64,000 nucleotides of DNA, from positions 43,462,001 through 43,526,000 of the forward strand of contig CM114271.1 of assembly GCA_050084515.1 (NCBI GenBank), in the 5' to 3' direction. Origin of the DNA: Blasia pusilla (lineage: Eukaryota). The notes beneath the pieces were generated by a model. It had not been told where the DNA came from, did no database searches, and saw nothing but the letters and a program-made list of their open reading frames with translations. Position numbers and translations under genes: made by a program. Positions 1-14,200 of this stretch are shown piece by piece; within the stretch, counting starts at the first letter, position 1, and each line of letters opens with the position of its first letter.

Positions 1-759
1 AAAAGTCTTTATGAAGGAAGATTGAAGATTTTGTTGAAGATTGTAAATATGAATAGAGGAAGAGAAATAGTTGGAAGAGTACTTGATAAGGCTAGTCAGT
101 GAAACTCCATTGAGAAGACAAGGAGATTGGAAGATCAGGGAATTCTTGGAGGAGTGAGAATTGTTGTAAGCGGAGGAAAGGAGAAGGGACAGGGAAGAAG
201 TAGGAGAGGCGCGGGTACTTCTCAACAAAGACCGCAGTATGGGAAGATGGGGAAAAACTGTTAAATGAAGACTTGTAAAGGACTTCTTCTTTGCAACAGA
301 AGTTCAAAGGAAGTCTTCGTGCGAAGATTGTGAAGACTACGAAAACTGTAAATAATGAACAGTTGCGGCAGTTTCGGAAGGAGGAAATGAAAGGGCGTCG
401 GGGTTTAGAAGGAAGTGGACAAGACATCGACCGATTCCACGAAAGTGAAGAGTTAGAGAATCTGAATTGAAGGGGTTAACCGTTAGAAATCTAGAGTAGA
501 ATAGAAAGAGCTGCCACCTTCTTGAGGTCTCTTTGAGATCTTCGTTGGAACTTTGTTATCCAAGATTCGCAAGAGTCTTTATCTGCACTTGAGAAGAGTC
601 TTTTCCAAGAGGGAAGAAAATCATTTTGTTCTTTTGTACTAGTGAAGACTCCGTCATTGAAATTAGTGAAATGCCTAGTGAAGAAGGAGTTATTCTTGAC
701 ATTTCTTATAAAACCTCTCTTTACTCAGGAAACGGTGATCTCTTGGGAACGAACTTAAT

Positions 760-3700
760 ACTTTGCGATTAAAAGAGTACCTTTTCCTTAAGTTGTACAT
801 TACACATCCACCATCCTCAAGGGCATTCCATCTCTCCTCTTTGACCTTTTCCAAAGATATCCATCTTATAATAGATAGCCATACGCCTTATGCCGAATCT
901 CCTTGAAGAACTTGTCTATCCACCCTCCGTCTCTTTGAAGAGTGCTTAAATAGCGCCCAATTTCTTTTAACTTGCCCTCATACAAATTCTCTTTGAAGGC
1001 TAGAACATCCTCTATGCCACTCTGTTCTCGAGATGACACTAGCTTGTCACACATATGCATCATCTTCATCTATCTTTGTTGCCTCCATATCTTTTGCTTG
1101 ACTAAATCTAGCTCTAGACAACATGCTAGCTACTGAGTTCTCTTTCCCAACTATATGCCTCATTTGTGGATTCAAGGACCTTATGTAGGCTATCCAACGT
1201 AACATGGCTATATCTGGAGTTGTACAATTTGCAATCATATCTAACAAAGGTAGACAATCCACCTCAAGCAATACATGAGCTCCATAAGATACTCCTTCTT
1301 AGCTTTCATCACAATCACAACTCCCCAAAGCTCCCTCTTTACTTGAGGATACCTCTTCTGTCGTTCCGTGAGTATACGAGCTCTAAACCTTGTTGCAAAC
1401 CTTCTTCTGTGTGCATCATCTTGCCCAACTACCCACTCGATAGCAATAGGGCTAGTGTCGATTGTGATAATTTTAGGTCTTCCATATTTGTAGCTCACTT
1501 GTTGTAGAACCGGCGGTGACTTCAATGCTTCCTTCAACAACATCGTCGTTGCTCTTTGCTTGTTCTGCCAAGTGAACTTCTTCTTCTTTCTCAACAGCTC
1601 ATACAAAGGATCAGATATATATTCAAAATGCGGAATCCACACTTGAAAAAATACACAAGCTCCTAAAAACCTTCTCATTTACGTGATGTTTTCGCATTCT
1701 CGTATCCTCCCGATGACATCTACTTTTGTTGGATTTGGTTTTTGACCAAACTCTCCAAAAAGATAACCTACTACCACAATTTGAGGAATCCCAAAGCTTC
1801 ACTTTTCTCCAGAAAGAGTAACATTCATCTCTTCTAATCTTGTTAGGATCATATCCACATCACAAATATGATCAGACACAAATTTTCTACACCCATCTTT
1901 CATAACCCTCTCATATCTATCTTCTATTGCAAATCCTTTTATATGAATATCATCTACAAAAGGGATGGTTTTCTCAAGAATGAACTCTCTCAAGATCTTA
2001 TTCATTGCACTTTGCATGTGAGCAACACAATTTGTTGCTCCTTGAGATAATGTGCACATTCTTACAAGTCCAAGTGGATTGCCCATGCTGGTAATATCTC
2101 TACTCTCCATAACTAATTAGAATTGATCATATCCTGAGTGCAAATCTCCTATTGAATAGATAGCACGGGCTGCAAAAGCTTCTGCACCTTCATCTATTCT
2201 AGGCCCCACTCCCATATTTTGAAGGGTTACCTTATTTTCCAATTTCCTTTCTTGAATGAAGCGGAGAGCTCCTCATTTCTTCGGCGTCAGTGAACCATCG
2301 ACTCGAGTAAGGCCCCATAGATGGCTCTAAGATACCCAAGCGCATCTTCTCCTTCAATAACTCAATTAGCTTGGGAATTATAGCTCATGGTACTCGTATG
2401 GGTTTCAAATCCCAAGGCACATGTGGAATTGTGAAAATTACCATCGGTGCCATTACACTTGTCTCTACACAACCAATTTCTTTTGTAGTAAAAGAGAAGG
2501 CCTTACCATGTCTTCTTAACATCTCCCGAAAGCTTTTTCTTTCAATTTCAATAAGAAATTCACCCCTCCAAATTTCTGACGATCTAGTATTTCTTCTGTA
2601 AACGTGTGTCCTATCTTCCTGGCATCCCGTAGATTCGGCTCCATCAATGCATGTTCTACTTTTTTCCCAGATCCTTAAGGTAGTTGAGTAGCCATCGGTT
2701 TCACTTTTCGAGCCACTCTCTTGTACTTTTTGTGCACTCGTGCCTCCATGGGACGTTCTTCTACCTCAAAGTCGTGCATATCCGCTTCCTTCAAAGATCA
2801 AAACCCATCTTCTCCTTCCATGAATCTTGCTATTTCTTCATGCAACTCACGTGAGTGAATTGTACTCACCCTTGTTCCCAACGAATGGATGCTGATTTGG
2901 GTGAACACCTCCTCAAGACTATCTCCAAAACCCTCTTCTTCATACATCCCACTAATGAACTCTTCTTCTAATAAAATACCTTTACATTTTTACAAAGAAT
3001 TTTTTTTTCATAAATCATCTTTTCTTCTCGTTCATTTCTTTCATCACTAGGAATCTACTATACCACAAAGAAAAACATTGAGAAAACCCACACCTAAGCA
3101 TGTATGATTCTTCCCCCTCTACTAGTGGAAGATTCTTTCTTTCCTTTGCATCCCCATATTCCCACTCTACAAGAGTGCTAACTAAAAATCTGAAAACTCT
3201 TTCTCTACCTTTATAGGACTATCTCTCAACTTCTCCCTATTCCGTTCATGACCAACTTGTACAGTAAGGAATTGAAGTGATCTCGTTCCATCTTGACTTC
3301 TAATACGGGCATAATGAGACCCGTCATCTATTACTTTGGTCTCCATTCTAGATGCTATGATATAAGGTTTCCCAAGAATCACAGGATAAGCAGCTCCATT
3401 CTGAACAAAGAAATTTTGCTTAATCAACACATCTCCGATACGGGTTTTGACGTTTGGACAAGCACCGTAGAGTTCACCTTTTTTACTGTTGGCCGGACGT
3501 AGTACCCATCCATGCCCTGTATCAATTGGCCACATCCCTTTGTCGTATATGCTTCACGACATGATGTTGATTTCTGAACCATGATCAACAAGAGCCAAAA
3601 TTGACTCTTGGAGAGAGCCAAGTTGAACTCTGGCCTCTGTCATTGCACGCACCCACTAGGATCGAGAATAGTGACCACCGTTGTGCCTTTCTTCACCTTG

Positions 3701-4960
3701 TTCTGTGAATGCTTCTCCTACTCTCGCCTCTTCTCCCTGTAAGTCAAGCCTTTGTCCAAAAACTTGGCCAGTCTCTTCGTCTTCTTCTTTTGTGATGTCA
3801 GTATCCAATGCCCTCACCGTCACCATATCTACAATCATCTGCCTTTTTCTCTTGATCATATCTATGATCGATTCATGAAAGTCACGTTTGACTATCGCCA
3901 AGACTTCCCTCAAAGAAAACTCTACTTTTGCATCCAAAATCCTCTCCTCGAGAATGTCCTTCAAATTCGTGTTTGTCTCGATATTAGACTATATCTTGTA
4001 TGTAGGAGTCTTACCCTTGGTCTTCTGAGGAGAGCTCAATTCTTTCTCCTTCATCCCACCTTCTTTCATATAAGAATCCATCATAGATTCAAATGTAGAA
4101 GGCCCTTCTTCTCTTGATGGTTGCGCCTCCGATTGCCCTTTCCTTCTCGTGAAAGCCCTTCTTGCAGCTTCCTCAAGATCAACACCATCATTGTCGCGTC
4201 TCCTCTTCTCCTCCACGCTAGCATATTGCCAACTCATATATTTCTCTTGTGCTAGGTATGATTTAACACACCCAGCTTCCACTGGATCATCCCATCTAGT
4301 CAGATGATCGATAGTCTCTGCCCCTCATAGCATCACTTCTTGAGGAAATTATAATGTTTCACTTTTAGCTACAAATACAATAGATGCTTCTATTTTTACT
4401 GCAAAGGTATCAAAATCTAATGCCATAGTGGCAACTCCTACTTGACCTCTCACTAAGCTTTTCATTCCTCTTTTATCAAAAATTCGTATTCAACGGCATA
4501 CCAATGTGCGTTGAATGAATCTTCTCATCTTTGAAATTTACAATTCCATTCCTAAGAGCTTTTGAGAACTCCTCTCATTCTCGGCGTTGATGCTCAATAC
4601 TATCATACCATATACATCTCCTCGCAAAGATCCTACTTGTCGAAGGAGCACTAACACTGGGATTCCTATCCAGTTTAAGCTCAACCATTTCTACTCTCAA
4701 CTCTCTCAAACCTTTCACCAACTGATCAATGAGAGAATCTTCGAGTTTTGTCAATACTAGCTTAGGTAAGGGAATTGGAACTGATAGCTCTGACTTGAAT
4801 ATTGCGGTTCTACCTCTACTTTGACTTTGCTTTGTGAGGATACCAACATCTTATTCCACTTTCTTCCAATTTGTGCTGACACCTCCTTCTTTGGTTTTAT
4901 CCGGCAACATTAGGAAAAGTCTAGAGTTGTCCTTTTGAAAGAAGATAGCTAAAAAACCGC
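760..4960 (-). mobile_element. Degenerate Ty3/gypsy retrotransposon internal region (gag-protease-RT-RNase H, start of integrase)
   Basis: Fragmented minus-strand ORFs in gypsy order: degenerate Zn knuckle near 4580-4620; protease LVDHGSEINIM near 3560-3595 plus 3182-3535; RT TLSQGATNCVAHMQ...PFVDDI (1799-2110); RNase H TIDTSPIAI...YPQVKRELWGV (1241-1678) and HIVGKENSVASMLSR (1047-1271). Many stops and frameshifts. Confidence 0.88.
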
Positions 4961-5059
4961 TTCTCAAACTCACGCAATAATTCATTTGGAGTCATTCCAT
5001 TCCATTGGGACCCTAGGACGGACATAAGTCCGCAGACTTTGTCTGAGTGCAACCTTGTG

Positions 5060-5402
5060 AGAACTAAGGAGGACCATAGTTTTGCTATCTCAAGCCAAGA
5101 GGTTCAACAAATAGAGAATGAACTCCAAAGCCCCCTCTCTTTGGGTATATCCCTTCCCTCTCCCAAACTCTCTCCATGGTAAGTTGTGCTCGCATGTTAC
5201 CTCATTGACTGTTAACCTATTGTAGGGAATCAAATGCTACTTCCCAAAGTGTAAAGGAACTGACCCAAAGTAGTAAGTTTCTCTATAAACCTCCAAATGA
5301 GCCAAAACAAAGGGGAAACTTGCTCTCTCAGGTTATCCGAGGCCTCATCAAGTCTTCCTTGACCCTACGGATTCTAGTCGATCCATCCTAAAATACATGA
5401 CA
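5060..5402 (-). repeat. LTR-like repeat (family 'c'), probable 5' LTR remnant of the 760-4960 element
   Basis: Ends in ...ATGACA at 5402. Clear similarity to 47151-47559 and, in reverse complement, to 55576-56191 (e.g. gccaagaggttcaacaaa; ctccaaatgagcc). Confidence 0.65.
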
Positions 5403-6527
5403 ACTTCTCTCTTCTTATACTAGCAAGGAGCAAGTCTCCGGATATGAGGGAAATTTAATATTTTTCATTCAATTCATTGCAAGGATATTGCATTGATGAA
5501 GTTTTGCGACGAATCCAAATTTGGCATGATGTTCATGAGGATCGTACTCATGTGATTATCAGCAAGGGCATATTAACCTCCACTAGATTGTATGATCTTA
5601 GTTCAACCATGCTTAGTTGTTGGAGTAGAATTTGGTGCGTCTAAATGCTCGAGCCTTTTTCCATCCAATTGGTGTAAAGAATTTGGACCATTGTATTAGA
5701 GTGAGTACTCTTGTCATGCTCATGTCTACATATTAGGAAATTGCAAGAGTAGCCTTGCCTTCTTTGCTCCCTTGGTCTTCATGATGAATTTCATTTGAGA
5801 CTCCTTTGTTGTAATCCTTAAGATGCAAAGGGCATGAGAATAATCTTTGAGCTCAAACTCTTCCATAGCCTTCTTATCCATGTTGGTAGTTTTCTACCTT
5901 TCCATTTACAACACCAAAAAAATAAGATGTTATGAAAGACCCTTCAATCTTATATCTCCATACATTATAGTTGGATCCAACAAGTTTATGGGACTCGGTC
6001 ATCATGTTGTCTATGATTGTCGTCATCATCTTGTTCTTTTCTCCCTGCCTCTTATGGGATATTCAAATGATTTCTTTCAAATTGCCACTCTATCCCGTGG
6101 GGAACTCAAGTAAATGCTCTACACTTTAATACCATGTGGAGATTTATTGCAAAATATATATGATGTTTGCAAAATTTCACAAAACATGATGATATTTTCA
6201 CTTAGAGACAACGTTTATCCTCAACATCCTCCCTAAATGTTGGAATCTTGGAATCCTATGAAGTCAAAAATAGGGAACCAGGTACTAATAGTAGCATGAG
6301 ACGTGGTGTTTGAAAGTCTCCAATTTAACCACTCACATAGTATGCACATAGGGAGCTTATTACTAAGATTGAATCTTTTTTTGCGGAACTAAGAATATTC
6401 TTACAGTATATCCTTAGGCTATGAGGTCTAGGCTAACTTGCTAAGGAGTAGGTTGAATGTGAATGTGATGGAGTTAGATACCAACCTAATCCCTCACTCC
6501 CAAAGAAGCACCCAACAAGATTTGAGT

Positions 6528-6664
<137 letters not shown>

Positions 6665-9600
6665 CTAATCACGGAGAGCTTAGAAGCTCATTCTCTATGT
6701 ATTGAGCCTCCTTCCATAAGATGGCATAGTTAAAATGTCATTTACCTATTCCCTTGAATGCCAATTTTTTATGTCACATAAGTTTCCGTTCAACAAGTCA
6801 CGATCTCCTTATTGATCTGGACCAAACACTCACATTAGCCACGATTTTAGTCAGCTAGCCTTGCGTCTCCCAAGTTTGGGTCCTGAGTCACCCCTCGAGC
6901 TCACCAGATCTAGATGGGATATGAGGGGTTAGATACCAACCTAATCCCTCATTCCTAAGATGTGGAACATACTTCTTTAATAATCTAAGAACCTAAAACA
7001 GTACTAGCGCACTTGGCAATCCTAAGTGCTCAATGGACCTCAAATGAGATTCTAACCAGAATGCAATATCTAAGTCATGGCTCAAGGTCAATATCCATGA
7101 CTAGACTACCTAGAGTAGGCTTGCCGAAAAAACTGCAGAGTCAATTTCTTGATCCATCTCATACCTTTGGTTTACCCCCATGGTTCCCAAGGTAAGATTA
7201 AGGTTCATAACACCATTGGAGACCCTCCTCCCTATACATAGTTCCATAGAAATGCACCCCCTCCCTACATCAAAGGAAGTCATCTTGTGGCCTTCATCCC
7301 AACTATCATTCCAACTATCATTCCGAAAATTTTGGGGCATTCATTGCTAGATCTCTACTCATCCATTTATTTAGATCTTTAGTGCATTTGAATTATCTTC
7401 TTAAATCCATGGCCTTTTTCAAAGGTTTCCATAGCGGCCTTGTGAGAGAGGAAGAGTAAAATTGCAATCCAATCCTCTGCTAGGAGGGAATAAGGCTATT
7501 ATGATTCAAGGAATTCTTGAAGCTGAGAGGAAAGTTCTAAGAATTTTTGGCCGTTAATAAGTTCAAGGAGTTGCCAGAGTCTACTATAAGGTATTTTGAG
7601 GTGGAGTTGGTCGTAAGTGCCCATTATGTTTTTGGACAAAACCAAGTCCTTTATCACATAGCACCCTTTTGGGTTTTTCTGGGGGACAAGTGTCTAGAGG
7701 GAACTTAAGTAAAAGAAGAATGTTTCATTTTTGCATGGGAGGGGGTGGTGGTGGTTTTGGGGGGTGGGGGGGGAGGGGAGGGAATGGGTAAAATGAGTTT
7801 TGGGAGTTGACCCTTGAATTAGGGGGGGAGGGGGGAGATCAAATTTGACCCAAGTGCATGCATCCTATTATCGGAAATCCTAGCCTATGCACCCCACTTG
7901 GCATATTCTCCTTTAATCCATCACTATTTTTTGCTACATCCATCCCAACGTACGTACCTCATCTTTGATACCAAATTTTATAGGTGGTCCTACTTGTTGC
8001 GGCTTATATCTCTAAGAAATCACAACACATGCCAAAATCCTAGATAAAATCATCCAAATCAATGGTGCATCCTATATCCAAAAAATGTTGTATGCACGTA
8101 TTGCTCATGTTGTTTATATATTTGCACAAAAAACTCTCGTTGTCCCAAATTACGTCACTAGATTCATTTTCAAATGATGGCAACATAGCAACATATAGAA
8201 TTTTGGGTAGTTGCTCACTAAAAATCTCTCAATAACTAGCTAACTACCCTCAACATTATTCATCCACAATGCAAAAGTTACCTTGTACTTCCAAACCCTT
8301 GGAAAATTTTGTGATAATATCATGCCTCACATGCTCAAGCACTTGGATTCACCTTAAGCCTTCCACACTCCACATACAATATTATACCTAAACTAATGCT
8401 ACAAATATGACAACAACTTTATCTCATTCACTCAAACACTCAAACTCACCTTGACTCTCATGTACTTCTCACTAGCTCTCCTTGGCTAATTTAATCGAGT
8501 TATATACAAACCTAAAGTGGAGCAACTGCCCTATACCCAAAAATATGCTATATGCAAAGAGATTCTCTACTTGACACCTTCATAAAGATACTCAACTATC
8601 GTGCAAGAATAGAATTTTGAATGGATAACTTGAACACGCACTTCATCACTCCTATGCTCAGTCAAGATTGAATGCTTCATGTGATGCAAAAACCTCTAGG
8701 GCATGAAATTCTCTAGAAACATCAAGTGAAATCTCTCATGTGTGGGTGTAGAGCTACAAGTCACCATTGGTGCGTGTTTTCCTAACTCTAGCACTCCATC
8801 ACATACCCTTGGCATACATCGTCAAAATAATCGCAAGATGAAGAATTACCTTTCTACGCTCGATGGTTCAACAAATGCCTCAAATTTCAAGAAAAGTGAC
8901 AAAAGGCCAACTTGAAAACTCGTAAAAAATGTAGCACCAAAAATTTAGTCACCGAAAAATTCACAAGAAAGGAGTTTTCCAAAATCAGTAAGAAAATTGT
9001 GACACGAGAAAAGCAATGTTCAAAAATCATGCTTTATTCAAACAACTCCCAAATTTATTGTTTTTGTATTTTTGCCATTTCTCATCTATTTTGCATTGTT
9101 ATTGGACCAATCTTCTTCCTTTTTTTTCCTCCTTTGCAATAGACAACAACATTGCTATCCCCATAATTGAACTACTGTCCCTCCGTTAGATTGTCAACTA
9201 CGAATCCTTTGGAAAATGGGTAACACTTTTGCACACTGCCTTTTGAGTTAATTACTATGAGCAATACATTCATATTTGTGAAATGCCAAAGTATCATATA
9301 ATAATTTTGAAAAATCAAAATATTTAGCAAAAAGGCTGGAAGGACACATAAACCTTTCTCAAGTGTAGAAGATTTCAACCTTGGAAGAAAGAGAGGAACA
9401 ATCCTTCTCCTCTTACGAGAACACCCATTAGGTCAAAGTTAGATAAATGGAATGTGAGTACATTTTTCCCATCGAATGTGTATTTCTATTTCCAACTTCC
9501 AATGTGTGATGGTACTATAAAGTGTGAATTTACATCCATTTGTGGTTCTGAAATTAATTTAGAGTCTCGCATAGTATTATGACTAAAAAGATCAATGGAG

Positions 9601-10171
9601 AGAGTAGAAATGCAATGGTTGTTCAAGACCACACAATGAAAGTGGCAAGTGTTGCTATTGTCGCCACCGCTAGAATGTCTTGCATATCTTGATTGATCAC
9701 ATAGAAGGCTAGATGACCTGCCAATTGAAAAGAGTACAAAGAGCATACACTTGTCTTGTCCACCATCTATCTTTCCAAATCAACCATTTATATTTTACAC
9801 AATCTTCCATATACGCGTACCACATTGAATTTGTGGTCTTTCTCGAGTTCAAAAAATAGAAGCTCAGTTCAAGAAACTACATATGGCATCGGGATCACCA
9901 CCACAAGTAACATGGAGCTGTGTACTAGATGGATATTAATTTATACTAGCCTGAATGATTAGGTCAAGTGTGGGCATTAGAAGTACATATTTCTCAATAC
10001 CCCAACATATGCAAGATATTAGGTCCATGGCATTAATTGATCACACAACGAGGATGAAGGATTAATGTTAGAAGGATCTTTTGTGCATTCCTCACATGAA
10101 CTCAACACTTGAATTATGGAGCTGGTGGTTGATGTGGGAAGTTAAAGAAAATAGATCTGAATTAGTAAAAA

Positions 10172-10393
10172 CTAAAGTGTTACTCGTGTTATGCACGTGT
10201 GATCTTGAAAATTTTAAAAATATAGGTTAGCACCTCTAGTCCTCCTTTCCCTTCCTCGTTTAATCATTATTTCCTCTTAACATAACCTCCTTTCTTAAAG
10301 TGACATGTGTAAACACCAAAAGCATCGTTAAAGGATAGGTATCAACACATGAGGAAGGTTTCCTCAAACCCCATCCTCTCTTAATTATATAGA
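10172..10393 (-). mobile_element. Short non-autonomous Helitron (about 220 bp)
   Basis: On the minus strand it starts TCTATATAATTAA (10393) and ends TTAG (one change from CTAG, 10172). A CGTGT-TAT-GCACG hairpin lies about 12 nt from that end, and the insertion sits between A and T without a TSD. Confidence 0.5.
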
Positions 10394-11221
10394 TGTTTGA
10401 CTTGATCACACATCTCCCCGATAGTCATTGCATTATTTGGCTCTGCCTATGTTTCCTAGTCCTCTTGCACGATAAATCTGTTTATTCATTTGTTCAATAT
10501 CTAGGTCTCTGCTGGCTTGTCCTCTTGTTGCCCTGATGTTTGCTGATGACTTGGTGTCATATTCAATGGTTTGGGAAGGACCCAAGACCAGCATAGCAAT
10601 GGCGACAGGGACAACATGGCCACAATCCCCTTGGAACCCCAAAAAAAAGCAGGATGAAATCACCTGAAAGTTCTGCACCTTTCGTGATGATGGGGATGAA
10701 ACATCTAGTCAATAATTGGTCACATGTACAAAATTCACAACAAGGCGAAAACTTACGCTGAGCAGGTAACACCAGAACTGTTCAACACACTCAGCAGCCT
10801 AAGTTCACTGCCCAAAGCTACTGCACTTCTAAGTATTATGGATCCTAATCAGGTAAGGTAGATAGTGTTGTAAAGAGCTTCTTGGTTGACACTTAGAAGC
10901 TACACAAAACTTGGATGGAAAGCACTCACACTATTTGAGAATCTCCCTCCTCTCATAGGGTACCTTCTTCACTTCTACACCTCACTCCACCCATCCAAGA
11001 CAGTCCAACCAGGGTGCGGTGTCTATGGTCCCAAGCTTGGGACAGGCACTACATAGGGGCATTCCCCATGGGAAGGTCCCATAAGTCCTGGCCTTGGGTC
11101 CTGTATAGTTAATCCAGCATGTCCCTTTACTAAGTTCAGGCCATTTCTACCGGTTTACTGATTCTGTTACATTCCTAAAGACATCAACGACACCGAGGAT
11201 CGCCCTGATTTTTGCGGGCGA

Positions 11222-11257
11222 GAAGGGACTGAAGAAGGGACTGAAGAAGGGACTGAA
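11222..11257. repeat. 3 x 12-bp tandem repeat GAAGGGACTGAA
   Basis: Three perfect adjacent copies. Confidence 0.9.
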
Positions 11258-14200
11258 GACCAATCTTTAGTTTCTGAAATATAAATCGTTGATCACCATG
11301 ATCAAAGACCCCACGACCCAGAAATTACTCCATGGGGACCTGCTCTTAATGAGTACAGTCTGCTGTCTCTTCCAAAGTCCTGCAGTTTGCGTGATGGCGA
11401 GGATGATATCCCCAGTCACTTCCTGGTTACTTGCACGAGATGCACCACAAATAGTAGCAGCCAATGCTGAAATTGCTAAGCTGATAACAATACAGTTATT
11501 CATCATGTTGTGAAGTCGCTGCCCAAAACTGCTGCACTGGTAGACATGTTTCGGGGACTATTTGGTAGTCATTACCCAAAACTGCTGCAATGGTCCGACT
11601 GGATTGCCCAGCGTCTGCAACATCACATTTGAAGAGAAACTGCCTGTCATGTTGCACACACCATCCAACCATCACTAGATACAGTGTGACAGCGTAGGAC
11701 CCTAACACCAAACCAAGGGACAAGCTTAAGGAATTTCAGCATATGATGTTCGATTCCTCACGTACAAACCACCAGGTTGGTGTGAAACATCAATTTCAGT
11801 GCTGCCACCACGGGATAGATGTGACAACATGGAGTCCATAAGATGGACAGAGTTCAAAGAAGTGCACCCTCAGCGCTGAAGTATTGGACGGGACCATTTG
11901 GACCAAAAGGAACCCTAAACGCAGGCCAAATCTTGGATGAAAAAACCCTAACACTCCTTTCCATTGGGCCTGAAGAGGAGAAATCCTTCGTGATGCCATA
12001 ACATAAGCAGTGGGAGAATGCTCAAAACATCTTCAACTTATTTGGGAAACAGGCTAAAGTTCAAGATAAGAAGAGGCTCGGTGCCCTTGAACCACAAAAA
12101 GAGCAGGATGGGAACGCAATCAAAATCATTCATATTCTGTGACGCTGGAGATGAAACCTTTAGTTTCTATCGGGTCACTTTTAAGAAACTTACAGTTGCC
12201 TGTCGTAGCCTTGCGACCATAGACCATAAACTTACAGTTGACAGAGGAACAACCTAAGCTGAAATTGCTGATCTGGTATCACCCAAACTATTGGTCACGT
12301 CCAGTAGCCTGGATTCACTTCCCCAGCCTACTGCATCACTGGTTAGCGAGTTTTTTTGGGTAAAAGAAACACACGTACGGTGGATAGTGTTGTAAGGAGT
12401 TTGTAGGCTGATGCCTGGAAGTAGAACCAGGAGTTGAGCATCTAGAACACATGGCTTCTTATGACAATGATGTATGCTGTTGCTGTGAGTTGTCTAGCGT
12501 GATGAGGTCGAATTGCATACTGTAAATATTATAAAATAAAGTCCCGTGGCCCTCTTGGATCCTCGCTAAATCGCATCATTCATACACTCTCGGAATCAAG
12601 CTTAGGCCCTACTTAATCAGTACACTCTTGGGATGAAGTTGAATGGGAAGAGGCAGTTCCAGGAAGTGGCTCTCCATAGCCACACCTAAAGTTCTAGAAG
12701 TGACTAATGGAACTCAAAAGGGACCCTTGAAGCCGCCAAAATCATGGAAGAAAAAGGTTCAAGAGATTGTCACGCAACAAAGCTTGACAGAGCTCACGCA
12801 ACTACATGACGGTGGGAAGGTACAAAAAATTCGCACCCTCCTCAAACAAATCGTGTACCCTGAACTAGCAGACCTTAAGGCTTCTGTCCAATAATTCCCC
12901 CTTTCGAAACCAGGCTATAAAGTTTAAGTTCAGGACAGGGGCAATTACCATGATCAAGGCCCTGCAAGCTGTGATGGTCTGGTTACTTGTGAGACATTCA
13001 CAGCAGGAACATCAACCTACTCCGAAATTGCTAACGTGGTATCGCCAGAGTTGTACGTCCCATTCAGTAGCTTACATTCAACAATCGATACTCGAAAATT
13101 GACATCTACCCATAATTACACCGTTCTGGCTTACGTGTGTGGGAGTCCTTGTTTCCCGAGGATGCATTTTGTCAGTACTTCGGCATTGAAGATTTGAGGC
13201 ACAGGGATCATGCCTAATGACCAAAGTTACTATCCTGTTGCTAGAATTCCGGACAATATCAAATTGAGTATCTCAAGAATCTTGGCTGCATATATCTCTA
13301 CTCGACTATCACGCATTTTTTTCCGAGCATCAACACTCCCAGGTACGCTCTGACATGAAAGCGTAACAAAGCCCTGAGCCAAGATGGCCTTCCAGATACA
13401 GTCCATCCAACTTTTCGCACGAACTGAGGCAGTCAAGTCGTCCTTAACGACAGATGGTCAGAAAGAAACCCAGCAGCTTGCACAATCAGGACTGAGAGAA
13501 GATGTTGATCAGGACGCAAGGAATCAAACTCGCTTGCGACCAGTCATTCAAGAAACCCTCACACTTTCATCACGGCTGAAAACATGTGGGGCGGATCAAA
13601 GAACTTGCAAATAAACTACCCTCCAAGTTATGTGTGATATAACTCCGTCGCCAATCACAGAGTCTCCAGCATAAAGTCAGTGCCTTCCTTCACTAGAAGC
13701 GATTAGTCCGAAACTTCGGTTCACAGAAATCACTAAATTACCAGCTTTCCTTCAAATCGCGTCACCGAGCATTTCACGGTCCGTTTATGCATTATCTCAG
13801 CGGATCTCACCGCACATAAGCCGTTCGGCCAGAGCCATTTCCAGTTACTTAGGTCGGAGGTGAATGGCCCTGGAACCTTCTGAAGGTTTTCGGCATTCCA
13901 CACGGAGGCCGCGAGAATTACTAATCGTCGAACATGCGTATCGAAACTCCAGCGATCAGTAGTGCTTCCAAGCAGATCGGTTCCCAACCTGTGCCCTTGC
14001 ATCATGTCTCCACAACGACCTGTCTTTTGCGCACACTCGCCACTTAGCCACTTAGAATGAGGCTGCTGACGGCACCGGCTCTGGAGACGGCCAGACCCTG
14101 TGCCCAGGAATCGATAAGCACTGATTTCCTACAGCACACTGGCGGCCACCTAACCACGATTCCAGGCCTGCCCCGCTGACGGCATCTCGACTTCTATTGA

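Noticed and set aside
7736-7836. G-rich tracts as a functional G-quadruplex
   Set aside because: Low-complexity poly-G with no linked feature to support a function.
11222-11257. Short repeats as a CRISPR-like array (also 21039-21149)
   Set aside because: Adjacent copies without unique spacers, in a eukaryotic context.
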